Shown here: one piece after another, positions 1-7,958 of the stretch
How the letters are laid out: each line of letters opens with the position of its first letter
Numbering within the stretch: the first letter of the stretch is position 1
The notes under the pieces: generated by a model
Database searches by the model: none
What the model saw: the letters and a program-made list of their open reading frames with translations, nothing else
Told to the model about the DNA's origin: nothing
Source of the DNA: Pseudobacteriovorax sp.
GTDB taxonomy: Bacteria > Bdellovibrionota_B > Oligoflexia > Oligoflexales > Oligoflexaceae
Reading direction: 5' to 3'
DNA: 12,312 nucleotides
Assembly (NCBI GenBank): GCA_050293845.1
Contig: JBNKNM010000171.1
Coordinates: 1-12,312 of the forward strand
Translations under genes and position numbers: made by a program

Positions 1-216
1 CTTCTGTTTAGAAAGATTATAAGGGAAGTCGATGTAGTGGGAAGCCCTATTGTAGTCGCCACTTTTTATGGCATGAAAAAATGATTGCACAGACTCCCGA
101 GGCGATTGATCGGAAATCACTTTCTGGGGAACATTAGCAGCTCCATTCTGAGTTATGAGCTGCCCCCACACAACTGAGCTGAAGCTAAAACAAGCTAATA
201 TAAGTAATAGGCGCAT
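1..216 (-). CDS. 5' part of a probable MscS-family mechanosensitive channel with N-terminal periplasmic domain (runs off the left edge)
   Basis: Manual translation from ATG at 216 gives 72 open codons to the window edge: MRLLLILACFSFSSVVWG (signal peptide) QLITQNGAANVPQKVISDQSPRESVQSFFHAIKSGDYNRASHYIDFPYNLSKQK. RBS AAGGGG lies at about 226-231. SPRESVQSFFHAIKSGDYNRASHYID resembles the 'TPRgtv.gFl.a...gdy..Aa.YLD' N-terminal motif of long MscS-family proteins. The channel domain itself is outside the window. Confidence 0.7.
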   Translation of the reverse strand, partial: MRLLLILACFSFSSVVWGQLITQNGAANVPQKVISDQSPRESVQSFFHAIKSGDYNRASHYIDFPYNLSKQK

Positions 217-574
217 GAATGATTTCCCCTTGATGAATTAACCTAAGCTCCTGTTCATAGCAAGCAGTTCCTAAGTTTTCAAGGCCCAACGCATACAGCT
301 CAAATACTTTTATACGTACCACGCAGCAGCTGCTAGGGTGGATACGTTCTCCTTTAGATTACTGTCCCATAAAAAGGGACTCGTGCTCTTTGGATAAGAA
401 AGTAATTATAGCTTTGAGAGTAAGAGTTTTTTTACAAAAGCTGATGAATAATCCCAGCCCTCACCTCCAAAGGATCGAAAGTGGAACAGAAGTTGTACAA
501 AGAGAGGAAGAAAAGGTTGGAGGTTCAGATGGCAAAACTACCTATAACATATAGATATTATAGAAAAATTCCAT

Positions 575-1045
575 TTGAGTAAGAAGAAAAAGGGAATGGC
601 ATCAATGAAGCATTATACTCCAAGGGGTAGTGATAAACTACAAAACCATACCCAAACACTAAAAGAATTGATTCTACTCATTGACGATGATGTCTCTTAT
701 GCTGAGCTTGTAAAGTCGCACTTTCTAGATGTAGGTTTGCATATTGTCCACAAAAAAGAGTTACTTGACCTCAATCCTATTGCCCGTATTATTACCTACC
801 CCATTATTCTCTTAGACTACCATTTGCATTTTCTATCAGGCCGGGAAATTGCAGAATTTGCCCTGAATATATCGGAGGAAGAGACCATTATCATTATGAT
901 TTCAGCAGATATTCGTGTAAAATCAATGCTACCGGAGGGTGTAAAATTTTTTTTCCATAAATCGCGCCCCATTACTGAGTTAGCATATCTGTGTCTTAAG
1001 GAAGTGGAGAGATGTAAGATGATAAAGTATTACCAGAATAGGTAA
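575..1045 (+). CDS. Single-domain (CheY-like) response regulator; true start possibly downstream (ATG 596/605 or TTG 668)
   Basis: Receiver motifs LILLIDDD, IILLDYHL (phospho-Asp), IMISA and FFHK are present with no output domain. The gene ends 4 nt before the kinase gene. Confidence 0.85.
   Translation: MSKKKKGMASMKHYTPRGSDKLQNHTQTLKELILLIDDDVSYAELVKSHFLDVGLHIVHKKELLDLNPIARIITYPIILLDYHLHFLSGREIAEFALNISEEETIIIMISADIRVKSMLPEGVKFFFHKSRPITELAYLCLKEVERCKMIKYYQNR
597..612 (+). promoter_or_regulatory. Possible sigma54 -24/-12 promoter for the phosphorelay operon
   Basis: TGGCATCAATGAAGCA has correct GG-N10-GC spacing and a good TGGCA -24 box, but a weak -12 box (AAGCA). It lies inside the ORF-track N-terminal extension. 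Confidence 0.3.
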
Positions 1046-1049
1046 ATGA

Positions 1050-3386
1050 ATGATTAAAGATCGTATTAATCAGCTTATTATGTCTTTTATCCTTTTGATG
1101 TCTACCCTGGCTATCTATTTTATGTTTCAAAGGACAGAACAGAGGAAAGAAAATATTAATCAGGCATCTTTTGACTTAGAATTGATTGTAAATGGAGTCG
1201 AAACGCAATTAAATACCATAGTCGATTATTTTGGGGTCATTATTGACATGCCTCGCCATAGTCCAAAAGAAACACGTACTTTTCGGGACAGACTGAATAA
1301 GCTACTATCAAAACGCCAAGAAATCTTACAAATACTTTTGATTCATAACCAGGAACAGCTGGTAATTGAAGGAATAGGTAGCAGTAAAGTTGAGCAAGAT
1401 ATTCTAGACTTACCCGCAGTTTCAATACTTTTACAAGACACTTCTACTCTCGAAAAAGGTAGTTTTCTAACCCCCATTATACAACTATTAGATGGTAGAA
1501 ATATAACTCTATTTGTCCAACGCGGTGCGAATAAGGAAACTCTTTTTGCCGCTATTGAATTAGAAACCCTGCTAAAAAGAAGTATCAGTAGAGGTTTCGA
1601 CCAAAGATACCAATTTGACATTTTCACAGGTAATGATCACGTAACCTTAGCTAATCGCCCAGGCAATCTGATAATTGAGAAAGGCCTGCAAACGCAGCAA
1701 TTGTTTACAAGTTACTCATCGCAGTTCAGACTATCTATCGTTCCATATGCTGTTAGCTATCAATGGCAAAATGCCATTATCATCACTATGGTATTGCTAT
1801 TTAGTATTGCTAGTATGGTAATATTCTTTAGAATTAAAAGTGACAATCACCAGCGACAGATTGTTCAGGGTCAACTGCGTAAAGCCATCCAGTCAGCCCA
1901 GCAGGCTAGTAATGCCAAAAGTGAACTTTTAGCGAATATTAGTCATGAAATTCGCACCCCTCTTGGAGCAATCAAAGGTTTTTCAGACCTATTTCTCGAA
2001 GGAAATCTCAGTCAAGAAGATAAAATAGACGCTGTTAAGACCATTAAACGTAATGCCCAAAACCTTCTGGAACTCATAAATGATATACTGGACCTTTCCA
2101 AGGTTGAAGCCGGGCTATTAGAAATCGAGAGAGAAAAATTTCCTATCTACGAAGTGCTAAGTGATGTATTTGAGACTTTTGAAAAAGAGGCGCATCAAAA
2201 ATCAATCGAGCTTAAGGTCTCCTACCTAGGTCCTATACCCGAGTTGGTCGAATCTGATAAAAAAAGAGTCAGACAAGTTCTATTAAACTTAATGAGTAAT
2301 GCCATCAAATTTACTGAGAAAGGTTCCGTTGTAGTTACAGTCGAAACAGCTCTGGATGAAAATTCTGTGAAAAAAGCGCGCATACTCGTGGAAGATACAG
2401 GTATTGGTATCGCAACAGAGCACCAGAGTAAATTATTCCAATCCTTTACCCAAGCTGACTCCTCCATTAGCCGCATGTACGGAGGGACTGGGCTTGGCCT
2501 GAAACTTTCCAGAAAATTAGCACGTCTATTAGGAGGAGATGTAATATTGGTCCATAGCCAATTGGGAAAAGGCAGTCAATTCCAATTCGAATTTAATCCG
2601 GGGATACTAGAAAATGTAACCACAATTGTGGGGCTCAAGCAGGCACAGCCCACTCCAGAAAGGCCTAAAACTGATAAGGTTAACCTGGGAGGTTTGCGTA
2701 TTTTAGTCGTCGAAGACAGTCAAGACAACCAAGAAATATTTAGACGTTTTATTGAAGCCGCTAACGGCAAGGTGACTATTGCTTCCTCAGGGGCTAAAGC
2801 CATCAGTATGTTCCCCAGTACTGAGTTTGATGTCATACTTATGGACATCCAATTGCCGGAGCTCAATGGCTATGAGACGACAATGGCTATTAGGAAAAAA
2901 GGCTTTCAAGGAGTCATCTTAGCAGTAACTGCCAACGCCATGAAAGGAGAACGCGAAAGATGCCTAGCTGCCCAATGTGATGACTATCTATCTAAGCCTG
3001 TGAATTTTGATAAACTTTTTAAGTTAATAGGTAAATTATCCCATATTGATATCCATAGGTCGACTCGAATCATTCTATCCGAATATTCTCACGATCCCCG
3101 CGTCGCCCCTCTCTTAGAGCAGTACGCTCAAGGATTGGAAGAAAAAGTCGGGCGGTTAAAACAAGCCGCTTCTTCCAGAAATTTCAATGAAATTAGTCAT
3201 ATATCTCATCAAGTTCGTGGTAGCTGCAGCCACTATGGCTATTCTATCCTAGCAAACCATTTTCGCGAGCTGGAACTCGCTGCATCTGTATCCCATCCCA
3301 AAGTTGATTCCTTAAAGAAACAAATTGATTTCATTGAACAACTGAAAGACAGTATAGCCTTAGGTGTAACGAGTAGGAATGGCTAA
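1050..3386 (+). CDS. Membrane hybrid sensor histidine kinase (2 TM + periplasmic sensor, HisKA, HATPase_c, REC, Hpt)
   Basis: Two hydrophobic segments flank a ~215-aa extracytoplasmic region. Motifs: H-box SHEIRTPL, N-box [15 protein letters not shown]1 DTGIGI, G2 YGGTGLGL, receiver ILVVED...ILMDIQLP...KP, and C-terminal Hpt-like SHQVRGSC...GY. Confidence 0.95.
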   Translation: MIKDRINQLIMSFILLMSTLAIYFMFQRTEQRKENINQASFDLELIVNGVETQLNTIVDYFGVIIDMPRHSPKETRTFRDRLNKLLSKRQEILQILLIHNQEQLVIEGIGSSKVEQDILDLPAVSILLQDTSTLEKGSFLTPIIQLLDGRNITLFVQRGANKETLFAAIELETLLKRSISRGFDQRYQFDIFTGNDHVTLANRPGNLIIEKGLQTQQLFTSYSSQFRLSIVPYAVSYQWQNAIIITMVLLFSIASMVIFFRIKSDNHQRQIVQGQLRKAIQSAQQASNAKSELLANISHEIRTPLGAIKGFSDLFLEGNLSQEDKIDAVKTIKRNAQNLLELINDILDLSKVEAGLLEIEREKFPIYEVLSDVFETFEKEAHQKSIELKVSYLGPIPELVESDKKRVRQVLLNLMSNAIKFTEKGSVVVTVETALDENSVKKARILVEDTGIGIATEHQSKLFQSFTQADSSISRMYGGTGLGLKLSRKLARLLGGDVILVHSQLGKGSQFQFEFNPGILENVTTIVGLKQAQPTPERPKTDKVNLGGLRILVVEDSQDNQEIFRRFIEAANGKVTIASSGAKAISMFPSTEFDVILMDIQLPELNGYETTMAIRKKGFQGVILAVTANAMKGERERCLAAQCDDYLSKPVNFDKLFKLIGKLSHIDIHRSTRIILSEYSHDPRVAPLLEQYAQGLEEKVGRLKQAASSRNFNEISHISHQVRGSCSHYGYSILANHFRELELAASVSHPKVDSLKKQIDFIEQLKDSIALGVTSRNG

Positions 3387-3389
3387 GGG

Positions 3390-4745
3390 ATGCGAAAATC
3401 TAAAATCCTTATTATCGATGATGATTTTGATTTTGTCTCGATTATACTCAATTTTTTGAGTTTCGAAGGCTTTCAGTGTACGGCGGCGTCAAACCGTAGT
3501 GAGGGTATGGCAAAGCTAGAGCAAGATACGTTTGACGGTGTTCTCCTTGACATTTTTTTAGGGAACGAAAGCGGCCTCGACCTGCTACCCGTTATTCGGG
3601 AAAAGCAACCCTTTACCAAAATCATTGTCATAACCTCCAAGTCTTCAGTACATTTGGCAGTCAGTTCTATGGAAGCTGGTGCATACACTTTTCTGGAAAA
3701 AACGACAGACCCGGGTACCCTTGTGAGTTCCGTTCGAGATCGTCTATTCCATGATGACATCAAACAAATGCACTCGGATTATGATCATCTGGGGATCATC
3801 GGCCAAAGTAATATGATTATGGAACTTATTACGCAAATTCATCAAATCAAAAATTTTGACACCAATGTTTTAGTACTTGGTGAATCAGGTACCGGAAAAG
3901 AATTAGTGGCTAAGGCTATCCACGCCGCCTCAAGAAGGTATGGTCAGCGTTTTGAGGCTATTAATTGTGGAGCTATCCCCGAAACTTTACTAGAAAGCGA
4001 ACTTTTTGGTTTTAAAAAAGGGGCGTTTACTGACGCCAAAATGGACAAGAAAGGCTTATTTGAGCTGTGTTCCCACGGAACACTATTTCTAGATGAGATA
4101 GGAGAGATGCCCCTTTCTATGCAGGTCAAAATCCTTCGCATTTTACAGGAGAGTGAAGTTCGTCCCATAGGAGCTGAGCGCAGTATCAAAATCGATACTA
4201 GAATAATCGCAGCAACCCACCGCAACTTGGATAAGGAAATTGAAGAAGGAAGATTCCGCGAAGACTTATTCTACAGGCTATCTGTCATGCCTATACAAAT
4301 ACCTCCCCTTCGTGAAAGACTGGATGATATTGCTCCCCTTGGGAAGTTTTTTACTACATCTATTTGTAAGAGGTACGATATCCCTCTGATTCCTTTATCA
4401 GATGCTGATGTGGTCCTGTTGCAATCCTACCATTGGCCCGGCAATGTCCGTGAATTGCAAAACACCATTGAACGAACAATAATAATGAGTAAAAACAATA
4501 AGTTAAACTTTGAACCTTGGCTACTTACCCGCAAAGAATCCAAAGCTAACGAAAAAAAAATCACCCCCTTCATCTTTAACTTCGATGCAGCAAAGGAAGA
4601 ATTTGAAAAAGATTATATTACTATGCTGCTCAAAAAAACAAAGGGGAACGTTGCAGAAGCTGCAAAACTATCAGGAAAATTTCGCTCGGATATTTACAGA
4701 ATTTTAGAAAGGTATAACTTGAAGCCATCAGACTTCAAGCCCTAG
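3390..4745 (+). CDS. NtrC/AtoC-family sigma54-dependent response regulator (REC-AAA+-Fis HTH)
   Basis: Receiver IIDDD...LLDIFL, Walker A GESGTGKE, GAFTDA (GAFTGA loop variant), Walker B FLDEIG, REDLFYRL, WPGNVRELQN, and HTH GNVAEAAKLSGKFRSDIYRIL. Starts 3 nt after the kinase stop. Confidence 0.96.
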   Translation: MRKSKILIIDDDFDFVSIILNFLSFEGFQCTAASNRSEGMAKLEQDTFDGVLLDIFLGNESGLDLLPVIREKQPFTKIIVITSKSSVHLAVSSMEAGAYTFLEKTTDPGTLVSSVRDRLFHDDIKQMHSDYDHLGIIGQSNMIMELITQIHQIKNFDTNVLVLGESGTGKELVAKAIHAASRRYGQRFEAINCGAIPETLLESELFGFKKGAFTDAKMDKKGLFELCSHGTLFLDEIGEMPLSMQVKILRILQESEVRPIGAERSIKIDTRIIAATHRNLDKEIEEGRFREDLFYRLSVMPIQIPPLRERLDDIAPLGKFFTTSICKRYDIPLIPLSDADVVLLQSYHWPGNVRELQNTIERTIIMSKNNKLNFEPWLLTRKESKANEKKITPFIFNFDAAKEEFEKDYITMLLKKTKGNVAEAAKLSGKFRSDIYRILERYNLKPSDFKP

Positions 4746-4751
4746 CTTTTT

Positions 4752-5162
4752 TCAATGTGTAGAAGAATGTTCTTGTTCTATGCCGCAATTATCTTTGATC
4801 AATTGCGGGTTAATGCTTTCGCTTTTATCCCGGTTAGACCTATAGATGTGAGCTTTTAGGCGAAGGCAATATCCAGTATAATGATACAGCTGTCCATTAA
4901 ACTTAGCCTCTTCAATCAAACACTTCCCTATTATCAAGTCCCTGAACCCCCATTGTTCTTTAACCTCTTCACCAAACAGAGTTTCCTCTATGCATTCGAG
5001 GTATGGTGGACGGAACTCATCGCCACCAACCTCATTGAGGGAATGTACGATGTAGGTTTCATGATCTTGTATCTCTTTAATTTCTTTTGGCAATTTGATG
5101 GTATCGATTTTTTCAGAGGTACAAGAAAACAATCCCATCATAATTATAACAACAAACTTCAT
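4752..5162 (-). CDS. Hypothetical lipoprotein with four further Cys
   Basis: Short signal peptide with lipobox-like LFSC (MKFVVIIMMGLFSC). RBS AGGAG at about 5169-5174. Has its own sigma54 box. Convergent with the NtrC gene (6-nt gap). Confidence 0.8.
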   Translation of the reverse strand: MKFVVIIMMGLFSCTSEKIDTIKLPKEIKEIQDHETYIVHSLNEVGGDEFRPPYLECIEETLFGEEVKEQWGFRDLIIGKCLIEEAKFNGQLYHYTGYCLRLKAHIYRSNRDKSESINPQLIKDNCGIEQEHSSTH

Positions 5163-5198
5163 TTATGATCTCCTAGCGATAACGAACCTCTCGGTTAG

Positions 5199-5214
5199 TG
5201 CATAAAGTAAGCCA
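5199..5214 (-). promoter_or_regulatory. sigma54 -24/-12 promoter of the lipoprotein gene
   Basis: Minus-strand TGGCTTACTTTATGCA (GG-N10-GC), 36 nt before the ATG. Confidence 0.7.
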
Positions 5215-5250
5215 AGCTCATGAATGCAAATTGCATCAATTTACTCCATA

Positions 5251-5267
5251 TGTAGTTAAAGGCTACA
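5251..5267. promoter_or_regulatory. Candidate enhancer (bEBP binding) palindrome between divergent sigma54 promoters
   Basis: TGTAG-TTAAAGG-CTACA inverted repeat (TGT-N11-ACA). A second palindrome ATGCAA-A-TTGCAT lies at 5224-5236. Confidence 0.35.
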
Positions 5268-5316
5268 CGATATCAATTCCAAATCTTGTCATTCTAATTC
5301 ATTTTTCCCGCTACTT

Positions 5317-5332
5317 TGGCGAGAGTTTTGCA
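5317..5332 (+). promoter_or_regulatory. sigma54 -24/-12 promoter
   Basis: TGGCGAGAGTTTTGCA is close to the consensus TGGCACG-N4-TTGCW. It lies 37 nt before ATG 5370; RBS AAGGAG is at 5355-5360. Confidence 0.8.
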
Positions 5333-5369
5333 CATGTAAATTGAAATAACCTTTAAGGAGACAACACCC

Positions 5370-5648
5370 ATGGTTTTCAAAAAAATTTTCACATCACTTA
5401 TTTTTTTGGGCTTAACAAGCGTTTCATCTATCCAAGCTAACCCCAATAGCGGTGCTGAAAAAAAGCAAGGCATGAAAGAGAAACTTGTTAAATTATCATT
5501 CGAAGACTGCTGTGATCAGCAGTATGGCGATTCTGATTCCTGCCATAAGCAAGCGAATGTCACTGGAAAGACCAAAACAGTAAAAGGTACAAAGGTCAAA
5601 AAAGAGTGTTTTGTCGATAGCGAAGAAGATGATTACTCCGGTGAATAA
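5370..5648 (+). CDS. Small secreted Cys-containing protein (CC-x9-C-x21-C) with acidic tail
   Basis: Sec-type signal peptide ending in SIQA, strong RBS, sigma54 promoter and downstream terminator. Four Cys in the mature part. Confidence 0.8.
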   Translation: MVFKKIFTSLIFLGLTSVSSIQANPNSGAEKKQGMKEKLVKLSFEDCCDQQYGDSDSCHKQANVTGKTKTVKGTKVKKECFVDSEEDDYSGE

Positions 5649-5682
5649 TGTCCTTTTATGGATACAATATTAAATTAACATC

Positions 5683-5715
5683 AGCACCGGTAACTTCGGG
5701 ATTATCGGTGCTTTT
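5683..5715 (+). terminator. Rho-independent terminator
   Basis: AGCACCGGTAA / TTATCGGTGCT 11-bp stem (one G-U) with a cUUCGg-containing loop, followed by a short T tract. Confidence 0.7.
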
Positions 5716-5730
5716 GGCATATATAATGCT
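5715..5730 (+). promoter_or_regulatory. sigma54 -24/-12 promoter
   Basis: TGGCATATATAATGCT (GG-N10-GC), 37 nt before ATG 5768. RBS AGAGGA at 5755-5760. Confidence 0.75.
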
Positions 5731-5767
5731 TAAGCCATGATATATCCATTATTAAGAGGATTAATAT

Positions 5768-6025
5768 ATGAAAAGCAGGTCAATTTGGTCAATAGCTATG
5801 GTATCATTTCTTCTGCTGGGTGGGACAGCATACGGCAAAAAATGGTGCTGTATGGTAGAAGGAAAAGTTCAGCAGATGGACAAGAAAAAAATGTGCATCA
5901 AAAGCAAAAGTGCGCCATCAGAAAAATCCAAACAGCAATCAAAGAAGGGCAAGTACTTTGCGGCATGTAAAGAACTTGGTGGCGAGTGGGCCATTAAGGA
6001 AAAAAAGCGCCCCAAAAACAAATAA
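5768..6025 (+). CDS. Small secreted, highly cationic Cys-containing protein (CC-x14-C-x23-C)
   Basis: Signal peptide ending in TAYG. The mature part is ~62 aa with 19 Lys + 1 Arg versus 6 acidic residues. RBS, promoter and terminator are all present. Confidence 0.8.
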   Translation: MKSRSIWSIAMVSFLLLGGTAYGKKWCCMVEGKVQQMDKKKMCIKSKSAPSEKSKQQSKKGKYFAACKELGGEWAIKEKKRPKNK

Positions 6026-6038
6026 TGACTGTTACTTA

Positions 6039-6076
6039 GGATGTGTGACTGCTTGATTCTTCGCACATCCGCTTTT
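6039..6076 (+). terminator. Rho-independent terminator
   Basis: GGATGTGTGA / TCGCACATCC 10-bp stem followed by GCTTTT, 13 nt after the stop codon. Confidence 0.6.
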
Positions 6077-6225
6077 CAGTTTACTACAAACTCCAAAGCA
6101 AAAATCCCTCCTTCAGCAAACTTCCACTATTAAATAAGGCTTTAAATAAAGACCACAATTCATCTTTTTGTTAGAATAATGCCACCAATCGTAACTGGAA
6201 ATAATATGTAAAAACGAGGCTTTTT

Positions 6226-6948
6226 ATGATTCATCTATACCAGCTTTACCCAGATATGAATACTCCCGATCCTAGTCCATTCTGCTTTAAAGTTCATTTT
6301 TTTATGAAATATTATAAGATTGATTTTAAGCCTCATAAGGCAAACTTGCTAAAAGCTCCAAAGAAAAAGGCTCCCTATATATTCGATGACACAGCATCTG
6401 TAACTATCAGTGACTCCGAAGACATTATCAAATACCTCTGTGAACGTTTTCACTTAAGTCCTGATAAGGACCTAGAACCGCAACAAAAACCACAGTCTTT
6501 TGCGCTTCGTAAAACTCTGGAAGAATACCTATATTTTGTAATTCTATATTCCCGTTGGGGGGATCAGAATGGGTGGAATAATATAGAGCCCATTTATTTC
6601 AAAGACATACCAAAGCCGATCAGGTTTTTAATAACACCACTAATAAGAAAATCGGTTATTAAATCGATGTACGGACAAGGTATGGGACGACATTCTCAAA
6701 CGGAAATTTATCAAAGGGGAATAGAACTTTTAGCGCAACTCTCAACGTGGCTTGCAGATGGAGATTTTTTCATGGGAAAAAATATTTCTCTGGTGGACTT
6801 TACTGCTTTTCCCATGCTGTATGAAATCCTTAAGTTCCCTTACCAGTCCCCTCTTTTCCAACCAATGCAACAACACACAAACCTTGTCAGTTATGTCGAA
6901 AAAATCTCCTCCCAATTTTATCCCAATCCATCGTTTCCAACTCCTTGA
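6226..6948 (+). CDS. Glutathione S-transferase family protein, metaxin/FAX-like
   Basis: SPFCFKV, APKKKAPYI, SDSEDII, LEEYLYF..LYSRW, QGMGRHS and FFMG...SLVD are typical of the metaxin-like GST N/C domains. Confidence 0.9.
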   Translation: MIHLYQLYPDMNTPDPSPFCFKVHFFMKYYKIDFKPHKANLLKAPKKKAPYIFDDTASVTISDSEDIIKYLCERFHLSPDKDLEPQQKPQSFALRKTLEEYLYFVILYSRWGDQNGWNNIEPIYFKDIPKPIRFLITPLIRKSVIKSMYGQGMGRHSQTEIYQRGIELLAQLSTWLADGDFFMGKNISLVDFTAFPMLYEILKFPYQSPLFQPMQQHTNLVSYVEKISSQFYPNPSFPTP

Positions 6949-6966
6949 ACTCTTAAGCATAGCCTT

Positions 6967-7257
6967 TTATGAATTACGGCTACTTAGCTTGGGAACAATA
7001 AAGGCCTTCTGGGCAGCTCCCCTTTTCTGCCCAAGAATCTGACGATCTTCTTCATATAAGTTAGGAGAATGGCCTAGTTTTTTTTTCACACGCCGATCAA
7101 GATCGCGATTCATCTTATCCTGCAAACCAGTTGTGACTTTCTTTAAGTGAGCATCAACTGCATAGTTCAATCGGTTTTCACCTAGTGCCAGTGAAGATAG
7201 TAGGGTAGAGCCAATAACTAAAGCCTTTAATATTTGATACTTAGCAATAAAACCCAT
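6967..7257 (-). CDS. Hypothetical secreted basic protein (96 aa; start revised from 7281 to 7257)
   Basis: Perfect RBS AAGGAGG at 7264-7270 precedes ATG 7257. MGFIAKYQILKALVIGSTLLSSLALG is signal-peptide-like. Confidence 0.7.
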   Translation of the reverse strand: MGFIAKYQILKALVIGSTLLSSLALGENRLNYAVDAHLKKVTTGLQDKMNRDLDRRVKKKLGHSPNLYEEDRQILGQKRGAAQKAFIVPKLSSRNS

Positions 7258-7759
7258 GGTGTACCTCCTTGAATAAACCATCTAGTGCACTACTATACTA
7301 GTACACCAACAACTTAGTCTACTCGGAATTTTCATCAAAAATCTTTAATTTCGATATTTCTTAATATATTCAGCATGATAAAAATTTACCTCCGCTCATA
7401 AAAACATTGTCACTTATTTGAGCATTATGACACCAAGATTAGATTCAATTTTCTGACAAATGGGATTTCAATACTCGGAGCGACTTTTACAATGGGGAAG
7501 TTGCTTTTAAGCTCCAGCTGATGACGAGAGCCAAGGACAGTTAAGATGAATTTTATCGAAAAAATTTAGGATATATGAGTCAGCTGATTCTGTGGTGCAC
7601 TGAAGCGTTTGTGGTTTAGTGGTGGGAGGCGTCAATAGACTTATTGCAGAACCACTTGCTCGTCATACGGGATCTGAACCATTTCATTTGATGTTAACTA
7701 AACAACTCTGATTTTAGATTGATGATCCTTTTAAAATCCATTAAGGTACGAGCAACTTA

Positions 7760-7833
7760 ACGCTAGCCACAAGTTATTACATTACATCTTGTGGCTAATT
7801 GCGTAGATTATACCCAGAGATCTTTTCTCTGGG
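7760..7833. terminator. Two adjacent stem-loops, possible (bidirectional) terminator region downstream of the minus-strand GST
   Basis: TAGCCACAAG(7764-7773)/CTTGTGGCTA(7788-7797) form a perfect 10-bp stem. CCCAGAGA(7813-7820)/TCTCTGGG(7826-7833) form a perfect 8-bp stem. No clear U tracts. Confidence 0.4.
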
Positions 7834-7958
7834 CCTGCCATTTAATTGTTTCACAATTCTTGTCTACCTGGGAACAACTTTATCTCTATACAGGGAGTGT
7901 CGTAAATAGACAATGCTGATTCACCTGTCGTCATCGCTTTGATAGAGTAACCATCTTG

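Noticed and set aside
1..84. + strand open frame LLFRKIIREVDVVGSPIVVATFYGMKK* as the 3' end of an upstream gene
   Set aside because: It is the antisense shadow of the better-supported minus-strand gene starting at 216.
125..168. Stem-loop GCAGCTC/GAGCTGC with a TGGGG/CCCCA extension, as an ncRNA or terminator
   Set aside because: It lies inside the minus-strand CDS and has no U tract or known RNA motif.
441..480. Hammerhead-like CTGATGA...CGAAA
   Set aside because: The stem II closing pair is mismatched and no compatible stem I/III with an NUH site can be formed.
1240..4707. Short ORFs 1240-1425, 1343-1627, 2222-2476, 3473-3763, 3944-4225 and 4510-4707
   Set aside because: They are antisense or alternative-frame shadows inside the kinase and activator genes.
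4881..7042. ORFs 4881-5168, 5737-5970, 5869-6066, 6742-6960 and 6752-7042
   Set aside because: They overlap better-supported genes that have an RBS, signal peptide or family motifs.
7518..7562. CTGATGA...CGAAA / GCTGATGAC as a hammerhead or fluoride riboswitch
   Set aside because: The required stems and pseudoknot complementarity are absent.
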